Positions 49,156 through 62,900 of a stretch of 64,000 nt of DNA are shown here, one piece after another; within the stretch, counting starts at the first letter, position 1, and each line of letters opens with the position of its first letter. The notes beneath the pieces were generated by a model. The model searched no databases, was not told where the DNA came from, and saw only the letters and a program-made list of their open reading frames with translations. A program made the position numbers and the translations under genes. This DNA comes from Lytechinus pictus (taxonomy: Eukaryota): the NCBI RefSeq assembly GCF_037042905.1, contig NC_087245.1, forward strand, positions 28,894,001 through 28,958,000, written 5' to 3'.

Positions 49156-50789
49156 AGTTAAAAATCTAAAAATTTTAGAGATTTACAACTAATTATTATT
49201 TTTTAAAGTTTAATTTCATTTTGAAATTCCTGTATGAAATAAGACTTTCAAAATAATGCTTCTGTGTGAGGTCACACTTGTGACCCACTTATATTGGCCT
49301 CTGACCTTAAACCTGCATATTGGAGACAGCAAAAAATATTTCTAAATGATAGCTGACTAAACATTTTAATGTTGTATAATAGCCTTTGAATTACTAAATC
49401 TCTAAAATGTCTTGATTTATAACTAATTAAAGTCGAGATTTGTCATAATTTTGGTCACACATGTGACAAAGAATGGACAATAAATTATTTAATTAATCAA
49501 ATCAACTACATGTAATGAATGAAATCTGCATAAACCATGATTTCAGACTACCACCTTTGTGCATTCACGGTGATATCTCTTGTCATGTGTAGCCTGTTAG
49601 AAAGTCCATTGAGCAATTCCAAGGTAGCAGTGTAAATATCTTTGACAACATATTCTGTGCTTTTAAATTCCACATAAAGAACCTTGCTTAGGATTGGTCT
49701 ATACTACATGTATAGTTAATAACATGATTATATGTTCCCTAGCAATCATCACTTGCGAGTTGCAATGTAGGATATTTTTTGCATATTATCATCTGAACTA
49801 TAATTATCCTTTATCCATAATATGTACACAACTTTGGTCTGAAACTACGAGATATTGATACTATTTTGTCAGAATGAAATGTCAAATAAAATTGGGTGTA
49901 TGTCAATTAAATATTGACAGTCAAAATTGATAAATTGTCTATTTTTAGTATACTATTTAGCTTAACTTGCAATTCATGCATTTGACCATTCAGGTCTATC
50001 AGCAATTAACTTTTTAACTAAAATCTGAAAAAACAGTCTAACTATTGAATTTGTAACCTTTTTTCTCCCTTCAATTTTAGCATTAAAGCTAATTAAATTT
50101 TCGGGAAAGTTGCAATTATCATTGTGAGATTTTTTTTTTTTTTTTTTTATTTTGGAAAAATTCCACTGCAAATGATTTCTTGTCTGCACATTACATGTAT
50201 ATCAAATAGCAACTGAAACTGTTGGGTCAGCAGTGTCTGTAGTCCCATACATACAGCCGCTTAAAAACATGTGACCCTCAAACTGAAGAATTTTTGTTTG
50301 TAATTTGGATAATTCTAACTCAGAGCAAATTCCATCCGATCTTAGGTGCATTTTGAGCATAATTTTACAATCACTTCGAGACATTACTTCCATTTTTCAA
50401 ATTTATTAACAAGAAATAAATTTTATCTTGAATTTATGTTTCTCTCTGCAGCAAGCAGAGTGCTATCCATGACAGCTTAACCCTAAAGGGTGGCTGAAAA
50501 TGAAGCATGGAACATGGAGCTAGATAGTCATCGTCATGATGGAGGATGACCTCAACCTACTCGGGTCAAAGGTCAAGAAAATGCCTATAGATATTCCACC
50601 ATAACAAGTGGTAAGTTGAGCAGTGTTTATGACTTATTTACAAAGGGCATTTTTGCGGTTCATTAAAAATGCTTAATGGTAACATGATTTGTCTGTGCAA
50701 TATCAGAGGGTATTGCACAATATATGCACCAAAATTTAATGAATTCCCCATATACAGTAATAGTAGATGTAACTTATGGAATGTTATAC

Positions 50790-51170
50790 CAGGGTTCCAA
50801 GCCCATCAGGGAAAACTATTTTACTTTTTTCCAGTCAGGGAAAAATCAGGGAATTTGATTTTAAGAATACCTCAGATCGGGGGAAAATGCCTCAAGTGAG
50901 GGAAAAATCAGGGAATTTTCATCAGCCCAAAAGATGAAAGCATGGTAGTCAGTCAGACTCTGTTATATTTTGTTGCATATCAAAACAACATCCATTAAAT
51001 GACTGGTTATGGTGATAGATACTGATTATTGTTTTTATACTGAAAATACATGTAATTCACTGCAACAACTTAGAAAATATGCAAAACTGGGAATGGGTCT
51101 TAATGATTATCAGTGAATTTTTAGACTTCATCAGGGAAAAATCGAGGAAATTTGTTTTCTGGGAAGCCTG
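50790..51170. mobile_element. MITE with 6-bp TSD ttatac (same family as 44238-44561)
   Basis: ttatac|cagggttcc...gggaagcctg|ttatac. Confidence 0.7.
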
Positions 51171-51299
51171 TTATACTAATCATGTGCATTTATGAATGTA
51201 TTATTTGGCTGCAGCGCATTTGGGGGTATTAACATTATGCGACAAGCATGAGGTGTTTGTGCCGAGTGCTTTAGTGAATACCCAAGATACCTGCATCAT

Positions 51300-53275
51300 C
51301 ATTAGGGCATTTTCACGGTAACTGACATTACACGGCACAATGTTTTCACACCTTTCATTGTGTGTATCTCTAAAACAACAAATGATGGGAGTTTGCTTTT
51401 GATAGAGTTAATAAAGTGAACCTTGCTGTATACTCTGATACTAAGTTTTCCTATGTAACCAAATTTTTGTACGCATCAGCAAGCAAAAATGTGTCGGTAA
51501 CTGACATTACGCAAAAGGACATGCAATTTTAGGGTGTTCATTAAAATTGAAATATCTCATGTCCCTGAGTAGATAGAGTAATAATTTGAATATGTAAATA
51601 TACCTTCGTTACTAGGTTAAGATGTGTCAAAATATTAAACATTTTGTTTTTGTCTTTTGGGGGCTATGATAATTTTTCCACAACCATGCTGGTAACTGAC
51701 ATTACGGTAACTGACATTACACTTAATTTGCCATAGAGATAACACATGGAAGTCAAATGTGTGGAATCATTGCATTGTATCTTCTGTGCAGGGCTTCACA
51801 TGAAAGTGAGCTTGATGTGGAAGTATACCCGAGTTTCTAGGAACATTTTAATGAAAAAACTTTTTATTTTTCTTAATTCCTTTCTTTGATTTGAACATTT
51901 TTATAATTACTTGTCGGTAACTGACAATACACATTAACATTTACCAGTGCTATATGATTTTCAAAGGCATAATTTTCTTGGTACTTATATGTAAGGCTTT
52001 TTAAAATCATAAAAGTTTCATAATACTTCACATTGTTAATTTATCAAAAGATAAGAAATGTATGTTTTACTTACTCGCGGGGGGTGGGGTTGGTGGGGTC
52101 ATAGCAGCTACATGTTTTCCTATTAGTAATTTAATATTGCATTGACTGTACACATAGATTTTTTCTGACTATATACCCATAATATATTCATCAGTTTTAT
52201 ATTGACTTTTTAAACCTTTTCCTTCTCCAACCTCCCCCTCCCCTCAAAAAAGGCAAAATGAATAAGGGTCTCCTCCCCTAGGCTACACATACCCCTCCCC
52301 CGAATCTCATGCAGCCATGTAGTTTTATTGATTTCTATTCTGGTCAGTGCAAGCAATGCTTGTTCATATCTGTCGGATTTCAATTCTCATCATAATTTGT
52401 TTAATCATTTTCTTTGCTAATATCTTTTTTAAGCTGTCAACAAAAAATAAACTCCAGCTTCTAAACTGAAACTGAACTATTTGTAAATTAGAAAAAAAAA
52501 ACACAGTTTTAGTAGATCCATGCAACATTGATCAGAACTGTCAAATTTCGCTTTTCATCTATACTTGTAAACCAAAAACAAAATTGTATCACACATCCAC
52601 ACTACTAACAGGTATAAAAACCAGGAATTTACTTTTAGCGAGGCAATGCTCAAAAGTATCCTAGAAACTAAAAATGGGACCCTGGAAATCCCCTTCATCA
52701 CAATGTTAAGCTTTAAAAATGTTGCAGATTTAGGCAATAGGTTGGGAAAAGTACCCCCTACCCCCCCCCCCCCTCCCGAAAACCAAACAAAAAATTGATA
52801 CAAACAATTAGGTACTTGGTAAGTGCATGTACAAAACAATTTCATAGTAATTTTTTTTGCACGATGGGAATGCAACTTTTCATAGAGTATTCCTTGTGAA
52901 CTATACCTTTTAAAAGTCAATAGCAAGCTCCTTCTGGTGTGACTTTTAAAGTGAAAGACTTAAATAACAAGTATACAATATTTCTTCACCATAAAATTGA
53001 CTGCATATTTGCATTTCAATATTGGTAACCAATGTTTTATCATGGTAACTGACATTACATCTCGGTAACTGACATTACATTTTCCACTTGGTAACTGACA
53101 TTACATATATTTAATGGTACCCTATGGCTTCATTGTTAATTGGTAATCTTTAATTTTGGTGTAGAAGGGAGGGGTGTTACCTAGAGAGGAAATCTACCAA
53201 GTTTCATATAATATATCCTCTTTTCCAGGAAATGAGAAAAAAAAGTTAATGTTTTCGGTAACTGACATTACATAC
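51300..53275 (+). mobile_element. Probable DNA-transposon end with a repeated 15-bp motif ggtaactgacattac
   Basis: About 9 same-orientation copies (51317, 51496, 51690, 51706, 51916, 53044, 53064, 53090, 53257). Confidence 0.5.
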
Positions 53276-56200
53276 CATATCACATACTTCATCAATGTTT
53301 TTTTATCAGATGAATGAATTACTGGTGTTTCTTTCTGTGGGATTTTAAAGAGTGTTATAATAGCAAGCTAAATCACAGGCGAAAACATCATGATCAAACC
53401 TGTTCTTTATAAATCTGTCAAAACAAAATATGTATCAATATACTATTTTCAACACTAATTTGTATCCATACTTTGGCAGCCATTTTGAAATAAAAAATGG
53501 CTGCCAGAGTCGGAAAAAATGTTTGTCTCAGAAACTTCAGGTCTTGTTTTATTAAAAAACATAAAGCATTTGACATGAATATCAACTTGATTTTTTTGCC
53601 TCTGTGTCCATCTGTGGTGAAAATGCCCATTAACATCACAGATTTGAAAATGTGCATTTTATGTTATAACAGGGTAAAGGATGTAGGCAATGGTGAACGC
53701 ATTCATGTATGCAATTGTATAATTCTTTCATTTATTTCCTCTTAAAGATTTAAAACCTTTCATACATACATATGATTTATAAACACAAATAACTACATAT
53801 TATATCTCTGGTAGGAGGATCATGATAAGCATATATAAAGTTGTTGGAAATATAATACAAAACATACAAAACAAATTGGAGTATAAATGTTATAAAATAA
53901 AAATACAACTTTAATGCACAAAATATACAATATTCATAAGAAGATGAAGAAGGGAACATAGAAAATGCATTTCATAGATCATTGCATTTGATAAAGAGAT
54001 ATTGTCTGTACTGTCTTTCATTAAAAAAATAATGAAGGTCGCGTTATTGAAATACAATGAAAACAAGGGTGAATATTATGGGCATTTCTAGTATTATAAT
54101 TATGATGCTATAATTCATTGTGAAATTTAAAAAAAACCTGAGGAAGCATTTTATTTTGTAAATTGAACATTAAACATTGCAGTTTCAAGAGTAATATATT
54201 AACTCATCAATATATTTTTGTTAATTGATAAAGTTTTACTTGAAGATGATGTGAAGAGTGGGTTTTTAATCGAATAGCTCGTTCTGTAATTTAAGAATCC
54301 TTGCAATATTTCATTTGCTGTGAAGCCTCACACAGTGACTCAATACTTTATATGGGATGATATAAGGGAATGGCCTAACAATCTTAGGATTTTGGGGAAA
54401 GAAACTGAAGTTTATATAACATACCAATACTTTTTAACACTGTTTTACATACACTGTCCTGCTGTAAGCTATCTACATGGTTTGTCCAATACACTTTTTT
54501 CATCTAAACGGATACCTAACAATTTAGTACAGTAAATCTCTATTATATTTTGTTTTCTATAATTTAATCATCCTGTGATGTCGGTTCGAATGCCAAACAA
54601 AATTTGATATGTTTGAAAATAGTTTATTCTCTTCAATTTAAGTACTTATACTCACAATTTGATTATATGTAAAATTGAAGAACTTTTCGGGATCTGAATT
54701 CTGTGCAACCTTTCAGCCGTACATTTTTTGTGCAGCACTGTGCATTTTGGGTGAAACATTTTTCCCATGGCGTGTATAGACTGGGACTCAAACTGAAATA
54801 TGCATTATTTTCAAGAAAATGCTTATCTATTCTGAAAAGTACCCCCTTCAAATTTTGTTTCTTTCCAACTCACTGTGTAATGTTCATAATGTTTTTGGTC
54901 CAATGTTTATTCAAGAAAAGCAAAGCTGAAATGTGATATCACAAAACATATCCAGAGAATTTTTTGATACCATTATTCTTTGCATTTAACATGGACATAA
55001 CACATTTGTAGCACAAAGACAAAGATCGACAAACTTTCTTTGTGTACAATAGAGAAGAAGAAGGATCATTTGTGGAATATAGCCAAAGCACATCACTGCT
55101 GCCCATTCCTACAATGGATAACAGAAACCATAGCTACATCCATTTGATGTGGAAGCACAATAAATGACGTGTCTGAAGACAGTTTTCTGACACACACATA
55201 TCAAGGCTGCATGTACAGTGTATAAAAGATTGTAAATACAACAAACTGTTAAAAGGGAAATAAATCTATTTTGGTCTTTTTCATTTTGCACATGCAGACA
55301 TGTCACTCAGTGTACAACATGGATCCACCCCCTGTCTGGTGCTAACCATCTTCGAAGCAGAAATCAGAGAGATAGTCTACCAGAGACAAGGAGATGACAG
55401 CAATCTTCAAGTTTTCATCTTCACGGAATGTCTGATGTGAACAGTTATTGGTCTTTGCCTGAAGTATGATCAACATAAGAATAGCTTGGACACCAAACTC
55501 TTCATATTCACCTTCCATCTTGTTTTGTGGATCATTACTTCCATGAATATCTAGAACATGGTTAAACCTTTATAAGGTGATTGGGAGGGGGGGGGGGTGT
55601 CATCAGACTGAATGAACTAATTTATTTAATAATTGAAATCATTTTTAGTATCAAATATGTGTCTTGCATATATGCATTCACTACTAATGAACCCATTTTA
55701 ATTTTTTATATGTATTTACCGTAACCTTTATGTAGCTTTAAGGAGCAGGTCCAAGCTTTTATTCTGGTAGTTCAGAGATAGTATTAGGAGATATTTGTGG
55801 AGTTAATAGCTTACAACTTTATTTTAATGAAGTTTGTATTTGTGTATATATTGAGCTGACTTATCTGCAAAAGTGGATCCAAAGGTTTTCCATAATTTTC
55901 CCCCGGTGAATTTTATATGTAGTTTTTCACCCTGGATCTACTTGTCGTAGAAGTGGTCAGGGGGGGGGGGGGGGGTTGGGGAGTGGATAGGGTTGGGCTG
56001 ACTATTCTGCAAAAGTGGATCCAAAGGTTTTCCAGAGTTTTTCCCTTCTGTGTTTTATCTCTGGTTTTTTACCCTGGATCTACTTGTCGTAGAACTAGTC
56101 GGGGGGATGGGTTGGGGTTGGGGTATCTTAGATAATATGTTTAGAGGAATAAAAATGTTCTTTACCTGTGTTTAAATACGGCAAAGGACAATGTATACTT

Positions 56201-59200
56201 CTTTGTAGAACATTGTATCTTATGGGTAGAATATGAGATTTAACATCATATTCCAAAATAATAGAAAAAAACTGTTCCCGATCGAAGAGTCAATTTTCAA
56301 ACCATTCATGTGCAAAACACCTGATGCAGTGATGTCTTAGTTCTGAAGCTTGTATAACGTTAGGTGAATCAAGCTTTGTTTAGGTTAGCAAATCTGTATT
56401 GGTATATTGAGTCACATATGGGTTAAATTTATTTATATTGGCATTATACAGAGCTGCCAAATAGTACTGATTTTCACTAACTAGTACTGAAAAATGAGAA
56501 GAATAATGATGGTTTTATGCAAAATACTGATTATTAAGTTCATTTTAATGTGTTATTCTCTGGTATTTCTTTGAAAATACAGATTTCCATACCAAAATAC
56601 TGGTTGTCAACTTTTAAAATACTGAAATATTCTTGTTCAGGTTGGCGGCTCTGATTATGAAGTCAGTTTTGCAGTGCCTGACAAAATGATTTTTACTCAC
56701 GGTAGAGGGAATTAATGCTTAAATACACATTACAATGAGGGTAATTAATGATTGAATATACATGACAATATTTTGGAAATTTTTGTTCGGGAATATATTA
56801 ACCTCCATTGACTTTAAGTGGTTTCTGAAGGCGTTAAGTTTTCAGGTTGCCTGTCTGTCCTGTTTTTATACTTGCAATAACTGAAGATTCGTGTGACAGT
56901 TCACTTTCAAACTTGCTCCAAGTTTGCATATATTGTAGGAGGCATACATTTTTAAAGCGTAGGCATAAATTTCTGAAGCGTGTAGTAGAGAATCCCATCT
57001 GTTTATATCAAATTTTGCAGTCCCACTAATATACATTCATGGTTCCAGTCACATGTTCCAGTCCAGGGGGGGGGAGTCTTTAGTGATGTATTAGTTTCTG
57101 AATAGTTATTACAAATGTCAGATCATTTTGAATTAATGAAAAGTTTATGAAATTAACAAAAGAAGTCTGGGAAGTGTTTTACAAATACTTAAAACTGACT
57201 GAAACTCATGCTCAAGTATAAATGTGAACATGATAATTTGCAGTCTCATGGATTAATACATGTATACAGTAGAGTGTATCCTCTGATTCTGATCCGACCA
57301 ATATGGAGATCTTTTATTTTCCACACACAAGTTGAAATGTAAGGGCAATTTCTTTAGTCACACTTAAATATTCGTGAAGCACCGCTTTGATTTGTCTCTT
57401 ATATCACATTTCTATGTCATATAGCTTGGACCTGCTCTACTTTTGTAAATTAGGGACAGCGATATTCTGTTTACCAGTAAATCAAAATATTAAATCAGTT
57501 TTGGTTCTTTACTTACTTTACTTTTCATGTAAAACTTCAATGAATTTACTTATGAAAAATGGAATTCATGTTTTTGCAGTATACATTTTCTATGACAAAA
57601 TGAAATTTCCATTTTAGATCAAGTTTTAAGCAGAGTTACTGGCTTCCAGAAACAGAAATGATTTTTTTAAAACTAAAAATCACTGTCCCTAATTTTATCA
57701 TGTCAGGTAGCTTGGACCTGCCTTATTTTTGTATATGCATTTATGTAGTGTATGATTGTCTGTACTGTATACTTGCTTTGTATTCACAATTTGTAAGACC
57801 GGCAGCCGAGAAGATTCATTCAGGTTGGAGGACCAGAGCAGCTGACCTTCTTGATTGCTGGGGTAGGCCCTAGACCTCACAAACATGGCTTCCTGTCTGG
57901 TTTGAGCTGGGATCTTCCTGCCAGAATCACACAATATGTGACATCACTACCAAGAGATCTATTTTTCAGTGTGCAGAGGAGGGCACTAGACGCTGCTGTG
58001 CATGGTATACAACCTCTTTAATGTAAGTGCTATATTGACAATTTTAATGATATTTTTTGTAGCCTAGTGTATGTGAGACAATACAATTGGTTTTCCAGCA
58101 ATTATTACTGAGGGCAATAATTAATTTGGAAATATTGGGCAGCAATTTTACCCACATTGGGCTTTTCATGTATGTTTTGCCTCAATTGCACTTATAAAAT
58201 TCAGGGCATTCTCTTTAATCTTTGGACCGATATTCTTTTCATTAAAATCTATCAAAAACAATTCCATTCCTAAAGGTAATTTGGGTAAATTTATAGGGAC
58301 TTCAAAAATTCCCATCGATCTTTTCCCATTTCTATATTATTTTTTGGCTATGTGTCTCAGTCTGTTGATCTTTATTGTAGTCTTTTATTCTCCCTAGTAT
58401 CTAGCCATTCCTTTCTTATTCCATAATCTCTTTCTTTCTCATTACTCCACCCTCTTCCTCTCATGGTTCACATCCCCCTCTCCTCTTCTACTTTATCTGT
58501 TGATCCATTGATTGCCGTCTGCTCTTTACCTCCCTGTACTATCTGCGCTACCCTTAAATTCATCTTTGTTTCACATCGTTGCAACATAATCGCCATGACT
58601 GGTATGATAAGAAGACATTAAAAAATTCTTTTACAATTTATAAGTATCTACATAATTTGATCTCATTATGAGAAAGTATCGTAAATTATTTTGCAATATA
58701 CGTATTCCCTTTTTCTGTACATGTACATGTTAAATTTTTTGACAAACCCAATAGAGTAACTATTCCAAGATTTTATCTTGGTCCTTTCCCCATTCGCCAT
58801 AAAATTCATGTTTGTGACGTTTGCTGAGTGTGTATCCATCATGAAATCAAAGAAATGTGTAGAGATTTATTGGCCTGCATTGGAATGACATGGTGATGAA
58901 GGTGGCTTCTCAATATCGGTTCGTCTGCCAAAATAAAAATTGTATTTACTCCATTTCGGATATCAAGTTTTTACTCATTTTTTTTTTTGGGGGGGGGGGG
59001 TCTGCCAAAACAAAAATTGTATTTACTCAATTTGTAATATCAAATTTTAACACATTTTCATGGGGACTGTGTGCTTCAATGGTTTTTCCACATTGTTAAA
59101 AAAAAATGCTCCTTCGATAAAAGCAATACGTGTTAGTCTGAAATCTAGTTTCAGAAGTGCAATGTCAGATTTTGATTTCTTTCCTGCAATCAGTTGTCAT

Positions 59201-59570
59201 TTAGTTTTCAATCCATTTCACAAGAGCCTTGCCATTGTTGTTGTTTCTATTAGACCCTTACCGATATTTGTAATGGGAATTTAGCGCGTTTGTCAAAGTT
59301 CATCAATAGCACTGTTTAGCTATGATGGCTTTGGGGCTTTGTGGCACTTTTGAAGATGACCAAGGTAACCATTAGTGTCTTCTGGAAATTTGGTTCAGTT
59401 GCATGTGACATCTTTGTTTTTGGTGTTTGGAAATCTTGTACTGTTGTGATACCAAAGTGTTGTCTGACCAAGAAGAATGATGTCTTTGAGTTTACTTGTG
59501 ATATCTGGAGATCTTCAATACATGCAACTTGCACATTTTTTGTTGGGCATTCAAATGCTGATATCTTATG

Positions 59571-59907
59571 CAGAGCTGCCAACCAGTATGTTTTTGTTGA
59601 ATTAAGTACATTTTTGCAACCAAAATATGGCACTACATTTTTTCTTTATAAAATACAATCTTCTTTAAAAAAAGATTAGATTATTATATTTTATTTAAAA
59701 TTTTTTCATAAAACTCACACAAGAATTGCTAATTGGATAAATGTCATTTCCAGTAACTTTCAACTTTCAAGTATTAAAAAACCTTTTTTTCATTCATAGA
59801 AATTGATCCAATATCTTTATTTTATCATAGAATACAGTGTTTTGGGAGAAAATACAGTTTTGGGGATCTAAAGATACAATTTTTTATCCTAGAGGTTGGC
59901 AGGTCTG
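59571..59907. mobile_element. MITE with 6-bp TSD cttatg (relative at ~56449-56653)
   Basis: cttatg|cagagctgccaacc...ggttggcaggtctg|cttatg. Confidence 0.75.
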
Positions 59908-62900
59908 CTTATGAAATGTCTGCAACTTTGTTTTGCCAGTGCATGATGCCATACAGATGGTCTGATGATGATATTCATTGCTTCATTTTGCTTGACATGA
60001 TATCACTCTGATATGCATTGCCCCAGCCATCTAAACTTATTGCCATCTAGAATTGTATTTTTCTGATGTTCTACGAGAGTGTTGGTTTCTTTGTGGTGGC
60101 ATTTGAATAGAGACCCCAGGGCCCGTCTTACAAAGAGTTACGATTGATCCAATCAATTGTAATTCTATGGAAATCAATCAGTGCCATAACTTTGCTGGCT
60201 TTCCATAGTTGCGATTGATAGGATCAATCGCAACTCTTTGTAAGACAGTGTCCAGTTTTCCACTTTCCAAATGCCAATTCTGTGTTCTTTGCTGTGTTCT
60301 TCTAAGCCTCACATTGTGTGTTCATCACAGTGACGTGTCCCTGGGTCTTGTACCATCCACAGTCTTTCCTGGGAATCGCTGGAGCTTCACTACCATGTAA
60401 AATCTTTCAAGTCTTACAATGCCTTTATGATAACATACAAAGCAGACAGTCACAGAGCCTGTTCCTTCTTTGTTATGGTCCCTCTGATCAGTCTCAGGGA
60501 AGTTGACGTTGCTCGGCCAGTTCCTCGGGTTGACGTTAGGTGGTGTAGGGCTGTTCTTCTACCTTCTGGACTGAGTAGGGCAATGATCCATGTAGTCATC
60601 AGCCATCTGAATTCTCCAACAACCACTGAATCGTCTGGTAGATTTTCCTAAGGGAATAGTTTAAGTTGTATCCTGTTTAGAACAAGAAGTGTGTTTATTC
60701 ACTTGGCTGGAGAGGGGTTGCTACGTTCAGGAAGGCATTTGATGGAAATTGGCATATTTGATTTGGTCAATCATGTTGTCTTTCACAGTTACATCAATAG
60801 CTCTCTACTGGGCTTAACAAAATTAATTGGTTTTTAACCAAAGCTGCTTCATGGCCTACAAGGAGACCTGAGTATCTTGACTATGGTGATTGATGAAAGA
60901 GGCTAAAAAGGAGATTACTTCTATTTAATTTGTTCCAACTGTCATTGCCCCTTGTCTGGAATGAGTTTTGGAGATTTCAGTGGATGCCATCAGTGTAGAT
61001 TGACATTGCTTCCTTAGACCCGGTGGCTAAAGAATTGCTTTCTGCGTCCAGTCTAGAATGAGTTTTGGAAGTTTTATTGGATGCTGTCTGTGAAATTTGA
61101 CTTTGCTTCTCACTGACCATTTGGCTAATTCTTTTTCATCCAGCCCGGAATGAATTTTGAAAATCTTGTTGGATGCCTTTTATGAAATTTGACATTGCGC
61201 TTCATTACTAGGGTTCATGCATTGTACTGTAATGATTGGTGGGGTATTATAAACCATTGTGGAATATAGGTGCACTTCCTCAGGATTAGCCGATGTTGAG
61301 GGCTCGATAAATAGATCTAGATTCACTTGTCGTTTCATTGCCTTGCCTTGTCTCTCAGAGTTCATGGTGGAGTGATGGAGAAGTAGCAATCACAAACATT
61401 TGATTCTTGTATGGTGGTGAATGAATGTATAGGGGAAAATAAAAACAAAGAAAAAGAAGCAAAACAATCCCCCTCACCCCCCCCCAAAAAAAAAAAAAGA
61501 ATCAAAGAAACAAAACAAAACCAAAATTAAAAAAAACCCAATGTTTTATTGTTGGTTTCTCTCGAAATATTTGACCAACATGTGCATTTCAATTCATAGA
61601 AACATTTCATGTACAGAAAAGGGTGTATTTATTTGCGAAATTTGAAGAAAAAAGCCCCCCACCAAAAAAGAAAAGAAAATAAGATTGAATATAAAACAAA
61701 TTTAAAAACAAATGGAAATACGAAATTTATAAAAATTATGAATGGAATAATAAGTTAATATTTACTTCATTAAGGTATATGAAATAATACTTTCACATAG
61801 ATGAATAAAAATATGAAAGATTATTTAAGTAATTAGTAATACTACTCAAAATCTTTTAAAAATTCAAAGATACAGCTAAAAATATCAGTCATGGCAAGTA
61901 AATGTTGAAAGGATGTGAAATGAAGGAAAGCTGGCAGAAATGGGGAGCATTTCATGGAGAGGTTTGTCAGTGATTTTCACTAATTAGCTCTCAGCCAATC
62001 AGATGCAAGAATTTTCAGTAGCTTATAACATCAGTTTGTGAAAATTGCTGACAGAAATCTTCATGAAAGGCTCCGCAAGATGGATAGTACAAGGAGGGAT
62101 GGAGCGAGACCACAATTAGTGGATTAACTGGTAAACCTGTAGAAAGAAGAGAGGGGGGGGTAAGAGGAGGAGGGATCATGGTAATGAGGGAGGGAGCAGA
62201 TGAAAGGAAATTAGGTGGCTTTGTTCTAGGGTGAATAAAGAGACTACAAAGGAGATTTAACAGACTGATTCATATGTTAAACAAAGAGAAAAGGGGTGGG
62301 GAGAAGGGGGAGGGGTTGGAAAATCAATGCATTGTCTCTCATACAGCTGGCTACATAAAACATCATTGAACTTGAAAATAAAGCACCTTGATGAGGTACA
62401 TCATGCACGGCAGTGTCCAGTGCCCCACCCTGTACACTGAAAAATAGGTTGATTGGTAGTGATGTCATGTATTGTGTGATTTTGTCTGGGAGACCCCAGC
62501 TCAGATCAGGCTGCTGGCCATTTTGTGGGGATTAGGGTTTGCTCCATTGTATCAAGAGGTCATTTGCTTTGGCAACCTCTGCACTTGAATGAATCTTCTT
62601 GGCTGTCGGTCATTTTTTTTTGCAAAATAAATTTATTAGAAAATGAACATTTCTCTTGTCAGTAATACTTTATTTGTATACCTGTATCTTGTGTCTTGCC
62701 CCGCCCTTTTTTTTATCCATCGTGATCCTCCTTTTTTTATCTGTTATGATCTCCCCTACTCCTTTTTTTACGGTAAGGTGACCTTTGCTCCTGCGTCAAT
62801 TGCTCCTCCACCAATTTCTCTGAACTTTTATGGTTAGGGTTGTGATAGGATATTATTTAGAGGGGTTAGGATTACAATTAGGGTTTATGGTGGTATTAAT

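Larger units (their letters stand above)
37590..50610 (+). ncRNA. Probable spliced long non-coding transcript (or decayed gene)
   Basis: Candidate exons with polypyrimidine-AG acceptors and GT donors: 40368-40572, 41679-41857, 42575-42775, 44039-44762, 46058-46257, 48246-48318, 50452-50610. Donor cluster at 37636/37674/37710 next to a CpG-rich patch. The exons I translated have stops in all three frames. Confidence 0.5.
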
